Assembly: GCF_035084215.1 (NCBI RefSeq)
Contig: NC_090363.1
Span: forward strand, 2,480,001 to 2,514,056
Source of the DNA: Heptranchias perlo
Lineage: Eukaryota
Direction of reading: 5' to 3'
DNA: 34,056 bases
Position 1 is the first letter of the stretch, and the number at the start of each line of letters is the position of its first letter. Shown one piece after another: positions 1 through 10,560 of the stretch. The notes under the pieces were generated by a model. The model ran no database searches and had not been told where the DNA came from. It saw nothing but the letters and a program-made list of their open reading frames with translations. The position numbers were made by a program, and so were the translations under genes.

Positions 1-157
1 GGCAGAAAGCTTTTTTCTCTTTTTCCCAGCACTGCAGGATACACTGACGGCAGACATCATGGCCACAATCTAACATAACCGGATCGATAAAGATATCGAG
101 ACAAATGGGGCAATTCAGTTCATCTCCCAAACTTAGGCTGGAGGACCCGGAAGCCAT
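1..157 (-). CDS. TRIM-A, first coding exon (partial, runs off the window): RING-finger N-terminus of a TRIM E3 ligase
   Basis: Manual translation from the ATG at 157 gives [52 protein letters not shown], a C3HC4 RING closely similar to TRIM-C exon 1. It is not in the ORF track because it is short and truncated. Confidence 0.9.
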   Translation of the reverse strand, partial: MASGSSSLSLGDELNCPICLDIFIDPVMLDCGHDVCRQCILQCWEKEKKAFC

Positions 158-933
158 GATCGGCTGCAGCGTTTCCTGCCTCAAAACTGGTTTCACTCTC
201 AGTGTTGCTGTGTGATTGCGCTCTCGGCGGTGGTATCTGAGGGAATAACGGCGGTGTGCAGGGACCTTGTAGCTTTCGGCGAGATTTAGCAGGGAAAGTT
301 GTACCGTATCGCGGGATTTCTCGAGTGCGTGGGTGAAGGGAGACAATTCTTGCTCTTTAAGCGACTAATGTCCCTTCCATTTATGGGCTATCGTATGTCA
401 GGGGAGGAGCACTCCGCCGCCGCTATTGATGCTGGCGTTCAGAAGGTGCTGGGTTTAAAACACAGTTAGATCATTGCAGAGTCCCGCATCACTTATTGTA
501 TCTTCATCAAACTAGTAATGAATTATTAAACTGTCTAAACCAGTGAGACTGTGAGCCCCTATTAACGAATCTATGAAATGAGATTGGAATCAGGCACGTT
601 CATTTTATATTATATATTATATATTAAAGCTGCTTTGGAGTCCTTAGTTCAAAAACCTCGGTGGATCTTGAGGGATCAAAACCCCGAGAAGTTAAACTTT
701 ATTTCCAGTGTTTTCCTTTTCCAGATGTTGGTGTAATTTCAGCATTTTGTGCGTTTATTTTAGATTTTCGCGTGTTTCCTGCTTTCATTCTGCGCATCCG
801 GGATCGCCAAGTTAACTTTGAAATTATTCACCAGGGCTCATTATTTCGGGGGAATCAACTTGTCTGAAGGGTATTCATTTTATACACATATACAATGAAT
901 AACAGTCTAAGTATTTTATTCCCCTGAAATGTT

Positions 934-965
<32 letters not shown>
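934..965. repeat. (TA)n(CA)n compound microsatellite
   Basis: Directly visible. Confidence 0.9.
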
Positions 966-1384
966 ATGTAACATTTTTCAAAAAATTAAATCAATGTCTA
1001 ACTACGGCATGTTGATGACTGTGGAGGTGAATACTCTTCCCTCGAAATTGTATGGGAATTCTCCCGCAAAAACGGGATCAAATTTGCGGTCGCCAAAAGG
1101 AGTTTGACATTTGTTTTAGTATCCTAGCAGTTGATCAATTACCATCCCCTTGGACTTTAGAATATGCGCTCGGTGGTCAGGATACCTGACTTGCTGTGTA
1201 CCCCGAGCTCTCTGATTAAGCCAACTGGGTGAATCGTGAGAATCCCGCTCCCGAGTTCACTGTATGTGGACTCCCGTGAACACATCTCTTGCAATGAGAG
1301 TGAAACGGGTTAACTCACCCCAATTTCTGCTCCCCCCCCCCCTTCCCATAGCTCGGTTGGTGTGCAATTAACCATGGTCCATGT

Positions 1385-1590
1385 GAATTCCTGGACTGGT
1401 TTCCATCGCCTGAGTGGGGTCGGAGAGGAATTTTCCAGAGTATTTTTTCCCTTATAAGCCCTGGGTCTTGTCTCTGGGTTTTTTTTTGCGGAGAGGGGGG
1501 TAGCCTTTAGTCACCATGGTCAGGCCATCATTGCGTGGGGCATTGGGTGGACCGGCTGGTATTTTCCTGCAGGTCAATTTTGTACGTTGG
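1385..1590 (+). mobile_element. Degenerate CR1-type LINE 3' UTR fragment
   Basis: Resembles elasmobranch CR1 3' tails (ggtggaccggctggtattttcctgc...ttttgtacgtt). Recognised by eye; boundaries approximate. Confidence 0.45.
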
Positions 1591-1613
1591 TAAACCATAC
1601 AAACTGATAGCGC

Positions 1614-1766
1614 TAGAAATTCGTCTTGGCCAGTAGCGCAAAACGGGCGAAATAGCATCAGCCGCCTTTTATACGCTCCACCCGATATTGGATTCCATTG
1701 ACTTCGTATAACGGGCGGCCGCTGCGATAACGCCCGTTTTGAGTCACTAGATTGGACGAATTTCTA
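1614..1766. mobile_element. Hairpin MITE-like element
   Basis: Terminal inverted repeat TAGAAATTCGTC (1614-1625) / GACGAATTTCTA (1755-1766), with internal arms AAAACGGGCG / CGCCCGTTTT and TATACG / CGTATA around a central ttccattgacttc. Confidence 0.7.
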
Positions 1767-2189
1767 CCCATGAAGGATAGGATTTAGCCCTGTTTCGTTA
1801 GCTGACAGCGGAAACAACAGTTAAACAGTGGGCCAGCATTTTTTGCTTTCCAGTTTTCTCGTTACAGTGATGGGTGGAAAATCGGAGGCTGGCGAGCGCG
1901 GAAGTGGCGAACTCTGCCCATGGTCTCGGAGCCCCTGGGTTAAGCCAGCCATCCAAGGCCGTAGGCTGTAAGGGCCAGGATATTCTAATTGCCGTTTTAA
2001 GAATGTTCCAGAAGCATCAAAGCAGTCTGGCTATTTCAGAGACAATCTGCGTGCTTTGCTTTAGTCCATAAAGGGACAGAATATGTTAATAATTACAATA
2101 CAGGGAATGCAGGTAGGTAGAGGGGAAAATCCTGACTCTGCTACTGTGTGTTTAGGTGAATAAAATGACCGTTTAAAAGACACGCATCA

Positions 2190-2632
2190 AGGCTTTAATT
2201 ATGAGAGGCTGGAGAAGCTGGGATTGTTCTCCTTAGAGCAGAGAAGATTAAGAGGAGATTTAATAGAGGTGTTTAATATTATGAAGGGTTTTTATAGAGT
2301 AAATAAGGAGAAACTGTTTCCAGTGGCAGGAGGGTCGGTAACCAGAGGACACAGATTTAAGGTAATTGGCAAAAGAACCAGAGGGGAGATGAGGAGAATT
2401 TTTTATGCAGCTGAGTTGTTCTGATCTGGAACGCACTGTCTGAGAGGGCGGTGGAAGCAGATTCAATAATAACTTTCAAAATGGGAATTGGATAAATACT
2501 TGAAAAGGGAAAAATACAGGGCAATGGGGAAAGAGCGGGGGGAGTGGGACTAAGTGGATAGCTCTTTCAAGGAGCCAGCACAGGCACGATGGGCCGAATG
2601 GCCTCCTTCCGTGCTTTATGATTCCCTGATTC
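2190..2632 (+). mobile_element. CR1/HER1-like LINE, 5'-truncated 3' end
   Basis: ORF2 C-terminus [17 protein letters not shown]...TRGHRFKV followed by the tail gggccgaatggcctccttccgtgc. Confidence 0.9.
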
Positions 2633-3346
2633 TAAAACATTGCACCGGAGATACATGTTTCATTATTGTTTCAAAAGAAAGCAATCATCTGCAAAGTTAT
2701 CTCAGGAAACCAGTTCTGTCCCTGATGATGCGGTTCACTTCTCTCAGCAAGGTCAATATTGGCTTAAAGTAACCGAATGTTGAAACAAACGCATGTTTGG
2801 AATTGCTGAGATGTACAGGGATGGTTACTTAGAAATGACAAGGACGTTTTGAAACAGATGTCAAGCTGTAGATGACCTCCAAAGAGAGGGGAGGAATTCC
2901 GATGCCCGCTGGTTGTAGCAAAATCCTGAACCCATTTGGAAAGAACAATCTGACTGTTTTGCTGCAATCCAACTCACAGCGGAAATCTCCCCACCCCTTA
3001 TGTTTCAATAAAGCTGAAAAACAAACGTATTGACCGCATAAGGCACGCCACTCCTGCAATTAAACTGGCCATTTAATAGTATACAAACAGACCCATTCAA
3101 CATTCAGGCGTTTCTATATTCTTCCAGCAAAATAACTTTCAAGTCAGACTTCAAAATCTTTTTTTCAACCTAAAACTGAAAGTACATTTCACAGAGTAAG
3201 ATTCCTTCGCTCTATTAAAATGCAAGTGTCGCCCAGCTTGGTGAACTTCAGGCCGCTAATGCTTCATTTGGCAATTCAGTTTCTCCCGTCAAACTCACAA
3301 TGAAAAGATAAATGTGGAGAAAACAAAATCCAACTCATTTCTTCCA

Positions 3347-3425
3347 TAGTTATAGGAACAGGAGGAGGCCATTCAGCCCCTCGAGTCTGTTCTGCCATTC
3401 AATTAGATTATGACTGATCTGTATT
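3347..3425 (-). mobile_element. Short CR1/HER1/HE1-type 3' tail fragment
   Basis: aggaacaggaggaggccattcagcccctcgag is the reverse complement of the LINE tail seen at 6565-6592 and 8320-8350. Confidence 0.65.
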
Positions 3426-3676
3426 CATTTATCCGCCTAAAGCGCAGTCCATGCTTGATTATCTCAAACGTGAATTCGCCACCCTTCCCACTGAAATTCT
3501 GCTGGGTTTGTCCAGGTCTCTGGACATAACTTGGGTGGGCGATAGGTGGAAACCTCAGAGAGGGGTAAATGGCCTGAAAACGGATATTTCCGCCGTCTCT
3601 CTAGGGGTTGAGTGGCACCCAGGGGAATTTGCAAGGAGGAACCGCAGGGGCCTATTATATATCTCCGAGGTGGGGA

Positions 3677-3700
3677 GGGGGGCGGGGGATATAAAGCGGG
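3677..3700 (+). promoter_or_regulatory. GC box plus TATA-like element in the CpG-rich region upstream of TRIM-B (candidate promoter)
   Basis: GGGGCGGGG directly followed by ATATAAAG. The ~3450-5340 region is visibly CpG-rich compared with its flanks. Confidence 0.35.
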
Positions 3701-4409
3701 GTTCTCCCTAAGCCGTGCCCTAATCAGCGGAAACCCGGAGAAAGCCTTAACGAACCTTCGCCCCTCTTCGGAAGGATTTCCCCTAATTTCGACCAAAGCT
3801 ACGGCGCAGATCGACAGGAGCTCCAGAAAAATTCCTACCCCCAATCCCCCTTCTCAAGCAGTACTTTCAGTTCATTTCCCTTTTAAAGATATTAATTGAC
3901 TCCGATTTGATCGCGTTCTCTGACAGTCGGCATTTTCCGCTCTCCCGTTGGGGAGGGGCGGGGGGAAACCACATGAATTGTTTGGACGAAGATGCAAAAA
4001 AAAAAGAGCCATCTAAAGTCTGCACGCCTTCATTCTGGATTACTTTCGCCAATTAGCTCCGCTGGGATCTGCGGAAAGAGAGCGGAAACCGCGGGGAAAA
4101 CAGCGGACTCCTCCGCCGAAGTTACGCCGGACGGTGGGCCGCCCCCTAGCGGAGATTCGACCTCTTTGTTTTCAGCGCAGCGCAAAACTGGAGACTTACC
4201 ATAAATTGCAGGGGCTGCATTGCTCCGCCCCGGACAGGAGAGGGTTCTTGGCATTCCATATATGGGAAGGATAGACTTTATTTAAAGTCCTGCATCTGTT
4301 TCCCTTTCGCTCATGCGCGAGAGAGAAATAATCGTAAATGACCCCTAAAAGTTTCGATCCCATAGCGGAGAACTGAACGGCGCAGTCACACGGCGACTGA
4401 GGGTGAACC

Positions 4410-4832
4410 ATGGCCTCTGAGCCCCAGAGCTGGAGTTTGGGAGCTGAAGCAAACTGCACCATTTGCCGCGAAATCATTGCGGAGCCGGTGAAACTGGAGT
4501 GCGGGCACACTTTCTGCCGCGAGTGTATCGCACGGTATTGGGAAACGGACGAGACGGCGTTCTGTCCCAAATGCGGCGTGACCATCGAGCAGAGAGGTCT
4601 GCACGCCGATTCGGCATTGGAGAAGCTAATTAGCAAAGGTGGGGTCCGGAGCGGGGAGAAGGGGGACCAGTCGGGAGCCAAACCTCACTGCGTGGAACAC
4701 CAGGAAGAAGTGAAGCTGTTCTGTGAAACCGAGCGGAAAATGATTTGTGTGAATTGCCTCGATAGGAGGGATGAGAAGAGCCACACGGCTCATAATTTCA
4801 TGTTGTTGAACGAAGCCGTTGAGATATACAAG
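4410..4832 (+). CDS. TRIM-B exon 1: RING (C3HC4) plus B-box 2. Gene model join(4410..4832,4935..5030,5197..5430,8814..8836,8942..9051, last exon uncertain)
   Basis: RING CTIC-x11-CGHTFCREC-x12-CPKC and B-box CVEH...FCETE...ICVNC...HTAH. Good Kozak context accATGG; phase-0 donor AAG|gtaaag. Confidence 0.93.
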
Positions 4833-4934
4833 GTAAAGGGGGACCCAGGCTGCGCGGCCGAGGTACAATGTTATTTGGCTTTTCACTCCCACCTTTAACC
4901 AAACACTTTCCCCCTGCTGTGAATTCCATTCCAG

Positions 4935-5030
4935 GAGAAAATGAACACCATCATATATTCCCTGAAGCAGAAGAAAACATCTTTTCAAGATTTTGAGCTT
5001 AAGCAGCAAGAGAGCATTTCCGAAATTAAG
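4935..5030 (+). CDS. TRIM-B exon 2 (96 nt, coiled coil)
   Basis: ttccag|GAG...AAG|gtaaag; EKMNTIIYSLKQKKTSFQDFELKQQESISEIK; same length as TRIM-C exon 2. Confidence 0.9.
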
Positions 5031-5196
5031 GTAAAGTCTCAATGCGCCGATGTGGTTAAAGTTACGCAGCGCATGTCCGGCCCTATCGCTCTGCACCTTC
5101 AGCACTTTAGCTTGGTGTTTATTAAATTGGCGATCGAGGTGTTTGCGGCCTGGAATAGTTACGGTTCCTTCTCCAACTAACTCTTTGTGTTCACAG

Positions 5197-5430
5197 GAAC
5201 AGTCGAATAAATTGCAGACTCTTATCGACTCCGAATTTTCCAAACTGCGCAACATTTTGGACGACAAGGAGCGGAATTTGGTCAAAGAATTAAATGAGGA
5301 AAAGGATGATATCTTAAGCAGAATGGAGACCAACCTACGAGAAATCCGAGACAATTCACAAGAAGCGCAGCAAAGGTTATCGTACATAGAGATGCAATTG
5401 AATGAGCAGGACGCATTCGCCTTGCTCATG
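5197..5430 (+). CDS. TRIM-B exon 3 (234 nt, coiled coil)
   Basis: tcacag|GAACAG...CTCATG|gtaacg; EQSNKLQTLIDSEF...QDAFALLM; same length as TRIM-C exon 3. Confidence 0.9.
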
Positions 5431-5806
5431 GTAACGTGGTCACTTTGATCACTTAAACTCCTCTCTCGTTACATTTAAGTTTTTAAAAAATTACATCCAT
5501 TGCTGCTGGTCCTCGGCATTTCTGAATCCCAGATTGTGTGAGAGGAGCTCATTCTATGATAACTGCTGCAAAGGATGCTGCTACTTTCATTTCCGGTCCC
5601 ATAAATCACTTACCATTATCAAGTTAAAATGCACATTGCCTTCCGTGGAATGCAGTGCGACATGAAACAATCATATTTATCAAACAAGGTTCTGAACCAC
5701 TTTGGTTGGTTGAAGTATACATTAACATAATATTTCCTGCTTTCACATTCCCTTCTCATCTCTTCATAGAGTAAAATGCCTATCTTCTTATTCTGATCTT
5801 TTTTAC

Positions 5807-6226
5807 TATTCGTTCATGGGATGTGGGCGTCGCTGGCGAGGCCGGCATTTATTGCCCATCCCTAATTGCCCCTTGAGAAGGTGGTGGTGAGCCGCCTTCT
5901 TGAACCGCTGCAGTCTGTGTGGTGACGGTTCTCCCACAGTGCTGTTAGGTAGGGAGTTCCAGGATTTTGACCCAGCGACGATGAAGGAACGACGATATAT
6001 TTCCAAGTCGGGATGGTGTGTGACTTGGAGGGGAACGTGCAGGTGGTGTTGTTCCCATGTGCCTGCTGCTCTTGTCCTAGGTGGTAGAGGTCGCGGGTTT
6101 GGGAGGTGCTGTCGAAGAAGCCTTGGCGAGTTGCTGCAGTGCATCCTGTGGATGGTACATACTGCAGCCACTGTGCGCCGGTGGTGAAGGGGGTGAATGT
6201 TTAGGGTGGTGGATGGGGTGTCAATC
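5807..6226 (-). mobile_element. Non-LTR retrotransposon (CR1/L2-group) 3' end, in TRIM-B intron 3
   Basis: ORF2 C-terminal-type peptide LHHRRTVAAVCTIHRMH...SWNSLP...RFKKAAHHHL followed by a 3' UTR gggatgggcaataaatgcc...cccacatcccatgaacgaata. Confidence 0.8.
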
Positions 6227-6384
6227 AATCTGACTGTGGAGTTAATGGTGTAACTTTACACTACCCATGGGATGAACATCTTTAATCTCCTAGATCCTTT
6301 GGCCTACATGGCCACATCACCTCCTCCCTGTCTACTCTACTACCTCTGAACACTTCTATTTGGATTATTTTTGTTTTATTTATT

Positions 6385-6592
6385 TACACAAAGGGTAGTG
6401 GATATCTGGAACTCTCTCCCTCCAAAGATTGGATGCTCGGTCAATTCAACGTTTTCAAGACTGAGATGGATAGAATTTTGTATCAAGGGATAGGGAACAA
6501 AGGCGGGTAAATGCAGCTGAGGTACAGATCAATCACAATCTAATTGAATGGCAGAACTGGTTCAAAGGGCTGAATGGCCTCATCCTGTTCCT
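6385..6592 (+). mobile_element. Degenerate CR1/HER1-like 3' end
   Basis: acacaaagggtagtggatatctggaactctctccc...gggctgaatggcctcatcctgttcct. Confidence 0.65.
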
Positions 6593-6695
6593 AGGCACCA
6601 TCCTCTGGAGTCAGCCATGTTTATAATATTCCTACAACACTGTAGTTCCCGAGTGCCAGGTAGCCTCATGTTAAGGCATTGCTTATTCCCAATAC

Positions 6696-6806
6696 CAGGT
6701 TATAGTCCAACAGCTTTATTGGCAATAAAACCATTGGACTATAACCTGGTGTTGTAAGATTCCTTACATTTGTCCACCCCAGTCCATCACCGGCATCTCC
6801 ACATCA
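6696..6806 (+). mobile_element. Short Penelope-derived fold-back insertion with a 13-bp TSD
   Basis: Inverted CCAGGTTATAGTCCAA / TTGGACTATAACCTGG, 3' end CCCCAGTCCATCACCGGCATCTCCACATCA, flanked by TTATTCCCAATAC at 6683-6695 and 6807-6819. The arm matches the Penelope remnant at 26170-26190. Confidence 0.8.
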
Positions 6807-7409
6807 TTATTCCCAATACATTTAACATTCACTTACTGCGGTTGTTACCATCTTTTGGCCCCCAGTTTACCCTTGTGAGTGTTGCCTGGTTCTTGTACAT
6901 CACTCTGCTGTCTAGACTCCATTCTTTAATTCAATGGGATCACATTTACTCCCGTCCTTCTCCCTCCTGTCCAATGTAAATGCTTCTTGTAGCCACTTCA
7001 ACGTTGCTGACAAGTTCCATTGTTTTTATTTTGTCATCTCTCCCTTTTTTGTTACAAGAACAGCGCCATTTACTTTTCTAGTGCCATTATTATTCTCCCA
7101 GCAGATTGACAGTCAGTTATTCGCATTCCCCGGTTTTCTTTGCAAAAATCTTTTTTCACCAACAACAGGAAGTATGGCAGAAAATTGCTTTGATTTTCTA
7201 GGCTATCCTTGCCTGGGCAGTTTCAGAGCCCTTTTATGATTTCTTACAGTGCCATTTAGCCCTTCCTGCTTTGGTCATTGATCTTCAGTGTGCACAGACC
7301 TACCTCGAGGCAACCAATTCATCCCCCTTACCACACTCATGTCTACCCACCTTCCTACAGCCAGAATCTCTCAGCACCTTACAAACTGCATCTTTGTCCT
7401 AACCCTGTA

Positions 7410-8229
7410 CATGGCAGACGAAATTTAATGTAGAGAAGTGCGAAGTGACACATTTTTGGCAGAAAGAACGAGGAGAGGCAATATAGACTAAATGGTACAA
7501 TTCTAAAGGGGGTGCAGGAACAGAGAGATCTGCGAGTATATGTGCACAAATCTTTAAAGGTGGGCAGGGCAGGTCGATAAAGCAGTTTAAAAAGCATACA
7601 GGATCCTGGGCTTTATAAATAGAGGCATAGAGTACAAAGGCAAGGAAGTTATGTTGAACCTTTATAAAACACTGGTTTGCCCACAGCCGGAGTATTGTGT
7701 CCAATTCTGGGCACCGCACTTTAGAAAAGATGTGAAAACCTTAGAGAGGGTGCAGAGGAGATTTACTAGAATGGTTCCAGTTACATGGAGAGATTGGAGA
7801 AGCTGGGGTTGTTCTCCTTAGAGCAGAGAAGGTTGAGAGGAGATTTGATAGAGGTGTTCAAAATCATGAAGGATTTAGATAAAGTAAATAAAGAGAAACT
7901 GTTCCCATTGGCGGAATGGTCATGAACCAGAGGACACAGATTTAAGGTGATTGGCAAAAGAACCAAAGGCGACATAAGGAAAACTTTTTTACACAGCGAG
8001 TAGTTATGATCTGGAATGTGCTGCCTGAAAGGGTGGTGGGAGCAGATTAAATCGTGGCTTTCAAAAGGGAATTGGATAAATATTTGAAGGGAAAAAAATT
8101 GCAGGGCTACGGGGAAAGAGTGGGGGAGTGGGACCAACTGGATAGCTCTTACAAAGAGCCAGCTCGGGCTCAATGGGCCGAATGGCCTCCTTCTGTGCTG
8201 TAACCATTCTATGGTTCTATAATTCTATG
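7410..8229 (+). mobile_element. CR1/HER1-like LINE, 3' ~820 bp (frameshifted ORF2 C-terminus plus tail)
   Basis: Encodes [24 protein letters not shown] and [19 protein letters not shown]; tail gggccgaatggcctccttctgtgctgtaaccattctatggttctat. Confidence 0.92.
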
Positions 8230-8813
8230 TTATCTGGCTTCTGAACTATTTCTTCCTCCATGTCTTGGTCTCCTGCATTATGAGTTGGTGCTTGATCTAA
8301 TTTAATGGTGCAACAGGCTCGAAGGGCTGAATGGCCTACTCCTGTTCCAATGTTCCTATATCCGCACATTTTTGTGGCTTTCTTAATATCTTTACAAGCG
8401 CTCTTCCTGTCGTTAGTGCATCATTTATTATATTATGTGCTTGCTTTCCTAATTCCTTTTCTTGCCGACCCTGCACCTATTTGCAAAAATCCCTATGACA
8501 GGTTCCTAGTGACTCGCTCTCAACATTGAGATGCAGCCTGTCCACTTCACTAAACTCTGATGACTCAGTGGGTTCAACACTATCCATTCGCCTTTGCTAA
8601 TTAGCTTTACAATCGATTTCTTCCATTAGTTCACCTCCCCTCCTCTCAAAGGTCCAAATTTTTCCCTTTAAACTTTAGGCAGATGAGATCAGCGGGTTGC
8701 TCAACACTTCACTATTGAGTCCTTTCATTCTGCAAAGTTGCCCCTCGTTTAATCTGTTTGTACACTGCCATCGGTATGCTGTGCGTTAATATTTGGGTTT
8801 TTGTCTGTTTCAG

Positions 8814-8836
8814 GATAGTACATCCGAGGAGCAGAG
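8814..8836 (+). CDS. TRIM-B exon 4 (23-nt micro-exon)
   Basis: ttgtctgtttcag|GATAGTACATCCGAGGAGCAGAG|gtacga; same length and phase as the TRIM-C and TRIM-D 23-nt exons. Confidence 0.8.
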
Positions 8837-8941
8837 GTACGACACGTTCTCCAAAAATAACTCTGAGCAACATTATAAAGTAGCAAATTGAAGCCTTTGT
8901 TTTATTTTCTGCTGTTAAATATTTCCTATTTGCATTATTAG

Positions 8942-9051
8942 TGAAAACGACTATCAACCAAAAATAGCGGAAGGCAGCCTGTCTCTGGGAGCATTTAAAG
9001 GACCCACCCAGTATAGAGTGTGGAGAAATGTGATAGACGTTATCAACCCTG
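8942..9051 (+). CDS. TRIM-B exon 5 (110 nt; homologue of the 116-nt linker exon with a shifted acceptor)
   Basis: (S)ENDYQPKIAEGSLSLGAFKGPTQYRVWRNVIDVINP(G), matching the paralogue motif LSLGVFKGPLQYTVWKEMIDSISP; donor CCTG|gtacgg. Confidence 0.8.
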
Positions 9052-9160
9052 GTACGGAGGTCTTTTCCTGTTTTCTTACTTAACCCATAAAGTCCTCAAT
9101 AACTATGCACATCTTGAGAATATGAGACAAGAGTACAGGATGTAAATATTTCATACCGAC

Positions 9161-9415
9161 TTCAAATAAGAAAATAAATTAAATAGTAGCATGGAATCCG
9201 GTTCATTCGTGGTTTATAATACAACTATCAAACAATAATCAAAACTATTTTAGAAGAAATCGATCAATCTAGTCCATTCATTGGTAAGAAACACTAATCT
9301 AAATCATTAAGTCTGTCAGTGTTTCTTTTGTAGCTTAAAAATGGAAAAATAATGCAGAAGGACATTCACAACTGATCTGGTCAAATCACTTTCGGGTGAT
9401 AATACAGGAAGTGCG
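9161..9415 (+). repeat. Diverged local direct duplication, copy 1 (copy 2 at ~10303-10560)
   Basis: Collinear similarity by eye; the core 9210-9244 matches 10352-10386 at 34/35 bases. Confidence 0.75.
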
Positions 9416-10088
9416 TGAAGAAACTTTAAACATGAAATGTTCGCATTTCTACTTTGCAAAAAAGAGTAAGAAACGTACTTGAAGGGTGCAGAACAGGAGG
9501 AAAGTTGAAAATATTTGGAAACAAAACGAAGTAAATCAAAAAGTAATGGTTAAGTGATGTCAGGAATGTTATTTTTTAAATGTTTAGATTATAGAAGGGA
9601 GGAGAGGCGGTCAGAGAGATAAGAAGTTATGGAGTGCGAGAGTCTCTCCATGAATGGGATGTAAACAGTTTAGTTGATGCCAATGAAATGTTACAATGAT
9701 GCATTGTCACAAAAGGGAAGGACTATGGTGTCCAGTAGACGTTGCTTTTTAATCAAAGCAATGTTCTTATTCTCAGAGCTCAAAAAACTCTGTGTTATCA
9801 CAATGGCAGTAATGAATATCAGGGCGGAAGTGCTCACTCTAGCGGGCTCAACTATTAATATCTCAGACAACTCTCGCTTATGCTAAATCTACCTTTCGGT
9901 TTAAACAAGGGAAGGGTGCATGAAATGGGAAATTGTCCGTTCAAATGATATGCATTGAACGATCCGATACTTTATACGGTAATTATACTAACAGAAACAG
10001 GTGGGCTTGTGTTGTACAATCACAGAGTAAGTGTGCAAAATGCAACATGCGTTGGTTCATCTAACAACATAAATCTTTTCTTTTCCAG

Positions 10089-10123
10089 GCTGTGCAGCGT
10101 TTAACAAAGGGACTACTTCTTGA
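10089..10123 (+). CDS. Candidate short terminal coding exon of TRIM-B (GCAAFNKGTTS*), giving a ~306-aa RBCC-only protein
   Basis: Strong acceptor ctaac...aaatcttttcttttccag|, stop at 10121-10123 when joined to exon 5, AATAAA at 10360-10365. Alternative ends exist. Confidence 0.35.
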
Positions 10124-10302
10124 TTTGCTTTGACTCCTTAATTACTTCTCTCAGCCTCGGCCATGTCCTGCGCTAAAGATCTTATCCAGGTCCCCACTCG
10201 GGACCAATCTGTTGTTCTGCACAGGATGAAACACCAGATTATTTTAGGTCCCATCTTCAAGTCACACATCACGAAATGCCAAACTAAACCTTTCGTGCTG
10301 GT

Positions 10303-10560
10303 TTCAAATAAGGATATAGATGAAATCTTAGCATGTAACCTGTTTAATTCTTGGTTTATAATAAAACTATCAAACAATAATCAAAAACTTTAAAAGGTAA
10401 TGTTCAATCTCGCCAGTTCATTCGTAAGGAATTCTATTCTGAATTAAGCCTGTCTCAATAGTTTCTTTCGCGGCTTGAAACAAGAAAAAAACGTCGATCA
10501 GGTCATTCAGATAAATTATTTTGGTCCAATCACTCTGGACTGACACCGTAGAACGTGCAT
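10303..10560 (+). repeat. Diverged local direct duplication, copy 2
   Basis: See 9161-9415. Confidence 0.75.

Noticed and set aside
4196-5429. Minus-strand ORFs of 161 and 267 aa
   Set aside because: Antisense shadows of TRIM-B exons 1-3 with no recognisable domain
6770-6810. Recurrent peptide STPVHHRHLHI in ORFs at 6770 and 11650-12129
   Set aside because: It is only the translation of the shared Penelope 3' terminus
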